Below, one piece after another: positions 35,481-42,359 of a stretch of 64,000 nucleotides of DNA (positions are counted from its first letter, which is position 1; every line of letters starts with the position of its first letter). The position numbers and the translations under genes are program-made. Location of the stretch: positions 13,609-77,608 of the forward strand of contig DAHUXH010000001.1 of the NCBI GenBank assembly GCA_027307235.1. Reading direction: 5' to 3'. The notes beneath the pieces were generated by a model. The model saw only the letters and a list, made by a program, of their open reading frames with translations, was not told the DNA's origin and did no database searches. Source of the stretch: Vulcanimicrobiota bacterium (lineage in GTDB: Bacteria; Vulcanimicrobiota; Vulcanimicrobiia; Vulcanimicrobiales; Vulcanimicrobiaceae).

Positions 35481-37406
35481 CTAGCCCTGCGCATGCGTTG
35501 CTTCGCCGTTGAGCGCGGCTTTGACGCGAGCCGCGAGCGCCGGCGTCATTCCTTTGATTGATGCGATCTCGTCGAGATCGGCGCGTTTGATCGCTGCGAC
35601 TGATCCGAAAGCCTCGAGCAGTCGCTTCTTGCGGACCGGTCCGACGCCGCCGAGCGCATCGAGCGCCGAGCGCTTCATTGCTTTCGCACGCCGCTCGCGG
35701 TGATACGTGACGGCGAAGCGATGCGCTTCGTCGCGCAAGCGCATCACCAAGTGCAAGCCGGGCGAATTTGGCGTTAGGACAATCGGCTCAGATTGCCCGG
35801 GCACGTACAGCCACTCGTTCTCCTTCGCAAGTCCGGCCACGGGAATGCCGGTGAGATCGAGTTCTTCGAGCACCTCGACGACCGCGTTCAACTGGCCTTT
35901 ACCGCCGTCGATCAACAGCAGGTCCGGCCGTTTCGCAAACTTTTCGCGCTTCGCCAACTCGCCCTCGATCGCGCGCTCGGTGCCGGTGCGCCGCAGGTAC
36001 CGCAGACGGCGACGCAACGTCTCTTGCATCATTGCGAAATCATTGGGACCGCGGTCGTATTGAATCTTGAACTTGCGATATTCGCTCTTCTTCGCGCGCC
36101 CTTCGACGAATACAACCATCGAAGCAACCGGATTGGTGCCCTGAACGTTGGAGATGTCGTAACATTCGATGCGGTGCGGCGGCCCGGGAAGTTCGAGCGC
36201 GTCGGCGAGTTCGGTGAGCGCGCGCGCTTGCGCGGTTTCCTGCACCTCCTGATGAGCAAGGAATGCCTTGAGATTTTGCTCTGCGTTCTTTCGCACCAGG
36301 CGCAGGTACTCCAGACGCGCGCCGCGTTGCGGAGCCAGTATGCGCACGCGCTGCCCTTTGAGATCGGAGAGCCACCGCTCGATCACGTCGCGATCTTCAG
36401 GAAGAGCGTCGACGAGCACTTCCTTGGGAATCGCGTAACTCACCACATCGCCAGGCGCGCGCTGCTTGAGCGGTACCGGCGCCTGATTGTCGCGTGCGAT
36501 GCGCGCACGGAGCGCTGACGCGACCTGCGGATCGGGCGCGCTCGCCGAGCGCGCGGTGTAGAACTGCTTGAGAAACTCGCTGACCAGTTCGTCGCCGGCT
36601 TGATCGTGAACGCCGTCGAGGATGAACTGCTCCTGGCCGATGAGTTTTCCGCCGCGCACGAAGAAGACTTGCATGCACGCTTGGCCTTGGGCGCGAGCCG
36701 ACGCGATCAAATCCATGTCCAGTCGAGATTTCCACACGACCTTTTGGCCTTCGGTGACGCGGCGGACTTGGACGATGCGATCGCGCAGGCGCGCGGCGGC
36801 TTCGAAATTGTACGCCTCCGCCGCTTCGGTCATCTCGTGCTGCAAGCGCGTCAGCAGCGACTCTTGCTTGCCTTCGAGGAAGAGCACGACTTCATCGATG
36901 GTGCGATTGTAATCTTCCTCGCTTTGATAGCCGACGCACGGCGCCAGACAGCGCTTGATGTGATACTGCAAGCACGGTCGCTTACGTTTTCCATCGATCG
37001 GCTCGCGACAGGTCCGCAGCGGAAACACCAGGCGAACAAGATCGACAAGTTGCCGCAAACCCTGGGCGTTCGTGTAGGGTCCGAAATAGCGCGATCCGTC
37101 GTCGCGCACGAAGCGCGTGAACACCACACGCGGAAACGGCTCGTTGGTGATCTTCAAGTACGGATAACGCTTGTCGTCGCGCAGACGAACGTTGAACGGC
37201 GGCTGGTAGCGCTTGATGAGGTTCGCTTCGAGGATCAGCGCCTCGACTTCGTTGGTGACGACGATCGTGCGAACGTCGACGACTCGCTCGACCATCGCCT
37301 GTGTGCGCGGATGATGCGCCGAGCTTTCCTGAAAGTACGAACGAACGCGATTGCGAAGGGAGATTGCCTTCCCGATGTACAGCACGCCGCCGTCGCGTCC
37401 CAGCAT
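35481..37406 (-). CDS. uvrC: Excinuclease ABC subunit C (coordinates are the ATG-delimited ORF; the true N-terminus is probably about 20 codons further upstream, near 37466)
   Basis: 641 aa. VLYIGKAISLRNRVRSYF (GIY-YIG), a UVR domain, an endonuclease V-like domain and a C-terminal HhH2. The conserved PGVY of the GIY motif is encoded immediately upstream of the first ATG (see finding). Confidence 0.9.
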   Translation of the reverse strand: MLGRDGGVLYIGKAISLRNRVRSYFQESSAHHPRTQAMVERVVDVRTIVVTNEVEALILEANLIKRYQPPFNVRLRDDKRYPYLKITNEPFPRVVFTRFVRDDGSRYFGPYTNAQGLRQLVDLVRLVFPLRTCREPIDGKRKRPCLQYHIKRCLAPCVGYQSEEDYNRTIDEVVLFLEGKQESLLTRLQHEMTEAAEAYNFEAAARLRDRIVQVRRVTEGQKVVWKSRLDMDLIASARAQGQACMQVFFVRGGKLIGQEQFILDGVHDQAGDELVSEFLKQFYTARSASAPDPQVASALRARIARDNQAPVPLKQRAPGDVVSYAIPKEVLVDALPEDRDVIERWLSDLKGQRVRILAPQRGARLEYLRLVRKNAEQNLKAFLAHQEVQETAQARALTELADALELPGPPHRIECYDISNVQGTNPVASMVVFVEGRAKKSEYRKFKIQYDRGPNDFAMMQETLRRRLRYLRRTGTERAIEGELAKREKFAKRPDLLLIDGGKGQLNAVVEVLEELDLTGIPVAGLAKENEWLYVPGQSEPIVLTPNSPGLHLVMRLRDEAHRFAVTYHRERRAKAMKRSALDALGGVGPVRKKRLLEAFGSVAAIKRADLDEIASIKGMTPALAARVKAALNGEATHAQG

Positions 37407-37474
37407 TTGATAGACGCCGGGCGCGTCTGGGACCTGGGCGAGCGTATGTTCGAGGTGCGTGTCTATGGCTTCGG

Positions 37475-38098
37475 CTAGAGACCTGCGCGTGCGGCGCGCC
37501 GGTTGCGCGCGAGCGCGATCCCACCCCAGAGCAGTGCGATCGCAACACAGAGAACGACCGCCAGCTTGGCGTACCGGTGGATCAGCGGCATCAATGCGTC
37601 GAGGTGTTCACCGAAGGCGAAGCCGACCCACACGAGCCCGCCGCAGAAGAGCGCCGAGCCCAGTGCCGTCCACAGATAGAACGCGGCCAAGTGCATGCGT
37701 GAAATACCGGCGGGAATGGCGGCGACGCCTCGCAGCACCGGAACGAACCGAAAGACGAAGATCGCGACGCTTCCGTGCCGATCGAAGAACGCATCGATCT
37801 TGTCGAGGTAGGCATGATGAAAGCGGACGTACTTTCCGTATTTCTCGACGAACGGACGCCCGCCGAAACGGCCGATGGCGTAGCCGAGCGTGCCGCCGGC
37901 CAGCTCGCCGAGGACCGCGACGATGATCGTAAGTACCACGCTGGGCAGATGTCCGCGCGCCGTGAGCGCGCCGGCTGCGGGAAGCACGATCTCGGTGCCG
38001 ATCGGAGCACCGATGTTCCCGAGCATCATGGCGATGAACAATCCCACGTATCCGAAGTGGTCGACCAGGCCGATCACGGCGTGCTGAAACGCTTGCAT
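37475..38098 (-). CDS. DedA-family membrane protein
   Basis: 207 aa. GYVGLFIAMMLGNIGAPIGTEIVLPAAG...GRPFVEKYGKYV...HGSVAIFVFRFVPVLRGVAAIPAG, the SNARE-associated/DedA signature. Confidence 0.85.
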   Translation of the reverse strand: MQAFQHAVIGLVDHFGYVGLFIAMMLGNIGAPIGTEIVLPAAGALTARGHLPSVVLTIIVAVLGELAGGTLGYAIGRFGGRPFVEKYGKYVRFHHAYLDKIDAFFDRHGSVAIFVFRFVPVLRGVAAIPAGISRMHLAAFYLWTALGSALFCGGLVWVGFAFGEHLDALMPLIHRYAKLAVVLCVAIALLWGGIALARNRRAARAGL

Positions 38099-38107
38099 GG
38101 CGGGCTC

Positions 38108-38515
38108 CTATGGCATGTCGGTCTTGGTGGCGCGGGCGCTCGTGGCGCGCCGCAGAATCTCGGCGGCCAAACTGCCGCCCTCCATGCGCATGGCTTCGAA
38201 CAGATCGATCGGCTCCACGTCGCGATCGCCGGCGCGGGCCTCCGCCAGCGCCACGATCTTGCGAACGCGCGGCGTGACGAGTATTCCCTCCCACAAGCGT
38301 TCGTCACCGGTGCCGAGCGAACGGCGAATCTCGGCATGCACTTCGGATACGTCAATATGGCCGACGCCCAGCGCCGCGAGCACGTCGGGGTCGCGTTCAG
38401 CGAGCAGCGCTTCGAGCATGTGCTCGGCGCCGACGTAGTAGTGGTTGTGGTTGCGGCAAGTCTGCTCCGCAGCTCTCAAAACTCGCCGTGCCGCCGGACT
38501 GAAACGGTTAAACAC
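38108..38515 (-). CDS. Stand-alone Clp N-terminal (Clp_R) domain protein
   Basis: 135 aa, GTG start. The two repeats FSPAARRVLRAAEQ..H.YVGAEHMLEALL and VTPRVRKIVALAEARA...IDLFEAM match the Clp_N repeat pattern. No AAA+ module follows. Confidence 0.7.
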   Translation of the reverse strand: MFNRFSPAARRVLRAAEQTCRNHNHYYVGAEHMLEALLAERDPDVLAALGVGHIDVSEVHAEIRRSLGTGDERLWEGILVTPRVRKIVALAEARAGDRDVEPIDLFEAMRMEGGSLAAEILRRATSARATKTDMP

Positions 38516-38533
38516 TCTTTACAGAACTTAAAC

Positions 38534-38562
38534 GGGGACCGTCGCGCCATGCGCCGGTCCCC
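38534..38562 (-). terminator. Hairpin downstream of tRNA-Pro
   Basis: GGGGACCG-12 nt-CGGTCCCC, a perfect 8-bp stem 10 nt after the tRNA 3' end on the minus strand. It is followed by GTTTAAGTTCTG. Confidence 0.4.
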
Positions 38563-38571
38563 GGGGGAATA

Positions 38572-38645
38572 TCGGGGCGACTGGATTCGAACCAGCGACC
38601 TCTTCGTCCCGAACGAAGCGCTCTACCAAGCTGAGCCACGCCCCG
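38572..38645 (-). tRNA. tRNA-Pro (anticodon CGG)
   Basis: The minus strand reads CGGGGCGTGGCTCAGCTTGGTAGAGCGCTTCGTTCGGGACGAAGAGGTCGCTGGTTCGAATCCAGTCGCCCCGA. Acceptor stem CGGGGCG/CGCCCCG. Anticodon stem CTTCG/CGAAG with loop TTCGGGA. T-loop GGTTCGAATCC. CCA is not encoded. Confidence 0.93.
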
Positions 38646-38732
38646 ACAAAACTCCCCTAGGTTCGTAGAGGCGTGGCCGGCTCCTGCCGCACCAGGGGAA
38701 CGGCTGATGCCTGCGAAGGGGGAGCGACGCTC

Positions 38733-39407
38733 ATGAGATATCTCATCGTGGGGTGCGGCCGCGTCGGGTCGGCACTCGCGAAGTTGCTTGACGCAGACGG
38801 TCACAAGGTGATCGTCGTCGACGAAAATCCAAGCGCCTTCAGACGCTTGGGTCAGAAATTTTCCGGCGACGTCGTCGTCGGGACCGGCATCGATTACGAC
38901 GTCCTCAAACGCGCCGGCGCGCAGACCGCGGACGGATTCGTGTCCTGCACCGACGGCGACAACCGCAACATCATGGCTGCGTTGATCGCGCAGCGCATGT
39001 TTCACATCAAGCACATCGTCGCGCGCATCTACGACCCGCCGCGCGGCCAAATGTATCGCGAACTCGGCATTCAAACCGTCGTTCCCACGACGGTCGGCGC
39101 CAAGATCATCCGCGACACGTTGATGGACGCACCGTGGGATCCGCTGCACTCGTTCGACTTCGGCAAAGTGACCTCGCTCTCGGCGGTCGTCGGCGTCACC
39201 GAAGCCGGCCGTACTGTCGGCGACATCGAGAAGCCGGGGCGCATTCGCATCGCGGCCGTGCGCCGCGCCGGTGAAGGCGTGATCGTCGCCGCCAACGACT
39301 ACGTGCTGCGCGAAGGCGACGAGATCAACGCCGTGGTCGCACCTGAAGCCATCTCGGAATTCGCGCAGCTCTTCGCGAGCGCACAAAGCACACGGATGAC
39401 GGCATAA
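38733..39407 (+). CDS. trkA: Trk/Ktr-type K+ uptake regulatory subunit (RCK: TrkA-N + TrkA-C)
   Basis: Start at ATG 38733 (MRYLIVGCGRVGSALAKLL) with GGGGGAG upstream. GxGxxG Rossmann motif, and a C-terminal TrkA-C-like segment (GRTVGDIEKPG...REGDEINAVV). Confidence 0.85.
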   Translation: MRYLIVGCGRVGSALAKLLDADGHKVIVVDENPSAFRRLGQKFSGDVVVGTGIDYDVLKRAGAQTADGFVSCTDGDNRNIMAALIAQRMFHIKHIVARIYDPPRGQMYRELGIQTVVPTTVGAKIIRDTLMDAPWDPLHSFDFGKVTSLSAVVGVTEAGRTVGDIEKPGRIRIAAVRRAGEGVIVAANDYVLREGDEINAVVAPEAISEFAQLFASAQSTRMTA

Positions 39408-39410
39408 CCG

Positions 39411-40094
39411 ATGTTTATTTTGATAGTCGGCGGCGGAAAAGTCGGCTCTTATCTGACGCGCGCCCTGCTGCAGCAAGGCCATGAAGTCGTGATGGTCGAG
39501 AAAGAAGCGCGCAAGGCCGAGATGCTGGAGCGCCTGATCGATCGCCAGGTAACGCTGGTCGGCGACGGCTGCGATCCGACAGTGCTCGAACAAGCCGGGA
39601 TCGGCCGAGCCGACGTCGTGGTCGCGGATACCGGTGACGACGAAGACAATCTCGTGGTCACGCTCATCGCGAAGAAGAAAACCAAGGCGCGCTGTATCGC
39701 GCGCGTCAACAATCCGAAGAACAAGCTGATCTTCGAATCGCTCGACACCGAAGACCCGGTCACGGTGATCTCGACGACCGAACTGATTCTCGACGTGCTC
39801 AACGAGCAGGTCAACGCCGCCAGCTTCCGCAGCGCGGTCGAGACGATGCATCTCTTCGGCAAGGGCAATCTCCAGCTCGTCAAACTCTCGGTTCCCGAAA
39901 ACTCGCCTGCGAGCGGCCGGCGACTCGCCGAACTTCCGTTTCCCCGCAACAGCGTGCTGGTGGCGATCGACCGCGGTGAAGACGAACTCACGATCCCAAG
40001 CGGCGACACCCAACTCAACTCCGGCGACCACGTCATCGCCATCGTAAAAAACGGCGCCGGCGAAAAACTCCGCATGCTCCTCTGCGGCAGCTAA
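39411..40094 (+). CDS. trkA: Trk/Ktr-type K+ uptake regulatory subunit, second paralogue
   Basis: 227 aa. MFILIVGGGKVGSYLTRALLQQGHEVVMVE...GRRLAELPFPRNSVLVAIDRG...LNSGDHVIAIV. Confidence 0.85.
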   Translation: MFILIVGGGKVGSYLTRALLQQGHEVVMVEKEARKAEMLERLIDRQVTLVGDGCDPTVLEQAGIGRADVVVADTGDDEDNLVVTLIAKKKTKARCIARVNNPKNKLIFESLDTEDPVTVISTTELILDVLNEQVNAASFRSAVETMHLFGKGNLQLVKLSVPENSPASGRRLAELPFPRNSVLVAIDRGEDELTIPSGDTQLNSGDHVIAIVKNGAGEKLRMLLCGS

Positions 40095-40729
40095 TTCAGA
40101 TATCCGCGATGGAAGGCGATGACCGCGGCCTGCGTGCGGTCGGAGGCTGAGAGTTTTTCCAGGATGTCGCGAATGTGGCCCTTGACGGTTCCCAGACCCA
40201 TGTGCAAACGTTCGGCGATCTCCGCGTTGCCGATCCCGTCGGCGATCAAACGCAGAATCTCGGTCTCGCGCGGCGAGAGCGGTGAAGCCGCTCCTTTCGA
40301 CGATTCATCCGACGTGAAGCGCGCGAGTACGACATGCGCGATGCGCGGATCGAAGTATGCTCCGCCTTCACGCGCGATCTCGACCGCCGCGATCACACGC
40401 TGCGGATCGGCCGTTTTCAACACATAGGCGTCGGCGCCGGCAGCAAGCGCCGCCAACACCTCGCGCTCATGGTCGGTCATGGTGACGATGACGACGTGCG
40501 TGGCCGGCAGCTCCGCGCGAATCCGCCGCGTGAGTTCGATGCCGTCCATTCCCGGAAGTCCGATGTCCAGCACGGCCACATCCGGCCGTTCCCTGGTTAT
40601 CGCATCCCAGCCCGCGATTCCGTCGGCGGCTTCGCCGACGACGTCGCACGTCGCCGAAAGCGTCGTCAGGAGTCCGGCGCGCGTGAGCGCGTGATCTTCG
40701 ACGATCACGACGCGAGCGCGGGCATTCAT
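40091..40729 (-). CDS. Response regulator, NarL/FixJ (LuxR HTH) family
   Basis: 212 aa. Receiver domain VVIVEDHALTRAGL...DVAVLDIGLPGMDG. C-terminal HTH LSPRETEILRLIADGIGNAEIAERLHMGLGTVKGHIRDILEKL. The start overlaps the stop of the upstream kinase gene by 4 nt (ATGA). Confidence 0.9.
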   Translation of the reverse strand: MNARARVVIVEDHALTRAGLLTTLSATCDVVGEAADGIAGWDAITRERPDVAVLDIGLPGMDGIELTRRIRAELPATHVVIVTMTDHEREVLAALAAGADAYVLKTADPQRVIAAVEIAREGGAYFDPRIAHVVLARFTSDESSKGAASPLSPRETEILRLIADGIGNAEIAERLHMGLGTVKGHIRDILEKLSASDRTQAAVIAFHRGYLN

Positions 40730-42315
40730 GCTTGCCCTGCTCGCGGAAACGTCACGGTGAAGACACTGCCCTTCGGCTCGCGCGGGCGGTATGCGATCGA
40801 TCCGCCGTGATGCTCGACGATGCGCCGAACGATGTACAATCCCAATCCCGTTCCACTCCCCATGCCGCCTCCGCCGCCGAAACGCTCGAAGAGCAGCGCG
40901 CGCCGTTCGACGGGAACGCCGTACCCGTCATCTTCAATGTCAATGCGTACCTGTTCCGCTTCGCCGTCGGCGCGAAGGCTGACCGCTCCGCCGGCCGGCG
41001 TCGCGGCGATCGCATTGGCGACCAGATTGGTGATCGCCCGGCGCAGTTCGGAAGCGTCACCCTCGACGATCGCGGGCAGCCCGGCGATGCTCGGCGTCAA
41101 CGTGACGTTCTTGCTGAGCGCGAGCGGGCGCAGCTCATCGACGACGCGTTCGACCTGCGTGCGCATGTCAACCGGCTCTCGCAGCGTTGACGCCTCGCCC
41201 GATTCATACCGCGCCACCAGCAGCAGCGTTTCCACCAAACGGCGGACGTCGTCGTTGCTCGACAGCGTCGAGCGCAGAATATCCCGGTACGCATCGGGAA
41301 GCGGGCCGTACGCTCCGTCGAGCGCTTGCTGCATCGTCACGCGGGCGGCGGCAAGCGGCGTTCGCAGATCGTGCGCGAGCGCATAGACGAGATCGCGAAT
41401 GACGCGGCTGCGTTCCTGCAATGCGTTCTTCTGCTCGGCAACCGCTTCATTTTGCTCGCCGAGTTGCGTGAACAGCCGCGCCTGGCGCAACGCGACCGCC
41501 GCACCGTCGGAAAACGCTTGCAACATGCGCTCGCTCTCGGCGTCGAACGCGTCGGCGCCCCCAAAGAGCAGCAGCACCGCGCGCATGTCACCTTCCACGA
41601 GCGGTGCCACCAAGGCCGCCTGCGCGCCTGCGGCTTCGATGACGGACCGCGCAATCGCGTCATCGAGCCCGACGCGATCGGCATGCCCGCGATCGAGCAC
41701 GCGCTGCACCAGCGACGCCACGTGCGGATCCATCGCCCGCCGTTCCAACCCGACGTCCGCGCCGCCGGCCGCAAACCGGTAGGTGTCCGGCACGCGCAAC
41801 GTCGAGCGACGAACGATCAGTCTGGCGCTCTGCGCACCCAGCAGATGGACGCACTCGCGCACGGCCGTGCGCATCACGAGTTCAACGTTGAGGCTCGCGC
41901 GCACCGCATCCAGTGCCGCACGCAATGACGCTTCCGCCTCGGCGCGCCGTTCACGCTCGCGTGACGCTCCCGCGCTGCGCGCGAACTCTTGCGCTTTGAC
42001 GGTCAAATATCCGACCAGCAGAAACGACGCACCCGACAGCACCCGGTCGCCGATTGCCACTGCTTGCCAGTGATAGCCCTCTTGGATGCCATTGACATAG
42101 CCCGCAGCGATATTCGCAACCTCGGAGAGCAGCACGAGGACGATGGTCAGCCGGCCGCGCAGCGCAAGGCCCGAGAGCGCGATCGGGCCATTGAGCAACA
42201 CGGCGGCAACGAACAGTTGCGGCGTCAGAAGATCGACGACCCAGCAGGCCGCGATCAGGGCAAAGCACAGCCACGGAATCGCCGCCTGGTATCGCGGAAA
42301 TGTCGCATCAGCCAC
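40726..42315 (-). CDS. Sensor histidine kinase: 4 TM - GAF - HisKA - HATPase_c (resembles the C-terminal half of KdpD)
   Basis: ORF 40726..42642. I prefer GTG 42315 (VADATFPRYQAAIPWLCF...) because the upstream 109 codons are Arg-rich and run towards the divergent gene. H-box YALAHDLRTPLAAA, G-boxes DDGYGVP and GTGLGLYIVRRIVEHHGGSI. Confidence 0.8.
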   Translation of the reverse strand: MADATFPRYQAAIPWLCFALIAACWVVDLLTPQLFVAAVLLNGPIALSGLALRGRLTIVLVLLSEVANIAAGYVNGIQEGYHWQAVAIGDRVLSGASFLLVGYLTVKAQEFARSAGASRERERRAEAEASLRAALDAVRASLNVELVMRTAVRECVHLLGAQSARLIVRRSTLRVPDTYRFAAGGADVGLERRAMDPHVASLVQRVLDRGHADRVGLDDAIARSVIEAAGAQAALVAPLVEGDMRAVLLLFGGADAFDAESERMLQAFSDGAAVALRQARLFTQLGEQNEAVAEQKNALQERSRVIRDLVYALAHDLRTPLAAARVTMQQALDGAYGPLPDAYRDILRSTLSSNDDVRRLVETLLLVARYESGEASTLREPVDMRTQVERVVDELRPLALSKNVTLTPSIAGLPAIVEGDASELRRAITNLVANAIAATPAGGAVSLRADGEAEQVRIDIEDDGYGVPVERRALLFERFGGGGGMGSGTGLGLYIVRRIVEHHGGSIAYRPREPKGSVFTVTFPRAGQA

Positions 42316-42334
42316 GGCACTTCGCGCGTTCTCT

Positions 42335-42356
42335 CCGCAGGTGCGGCTACCTGCGG
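42335..42356. promoter_or_regulatory. Perfect 8-bp inverted repeat in the divergent kinase / KdpD-N intergenic region
   Basis: CCGCAGGT-gcggct-ACCTGCGG, lying between GTG 42315 (minus strand) and ATG 42360 (plus strand). Confidence 0.3.
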
Positions 42357-42359
42357 CGG

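Noticed and set aside
38508-40031. 507-aa minus-strand ORF
   Set aside because: It runs through tRNA-Pro and is antisense to both trkA genes. It is a shadow ORF. The same reasoning applies to 60050..61231(-), 26235..27410(-), 16592..17503(-), 47338..48426(+), 51346..52701(+), 53109..54587(+), 36600..37478(+) and 19261..20046(-).
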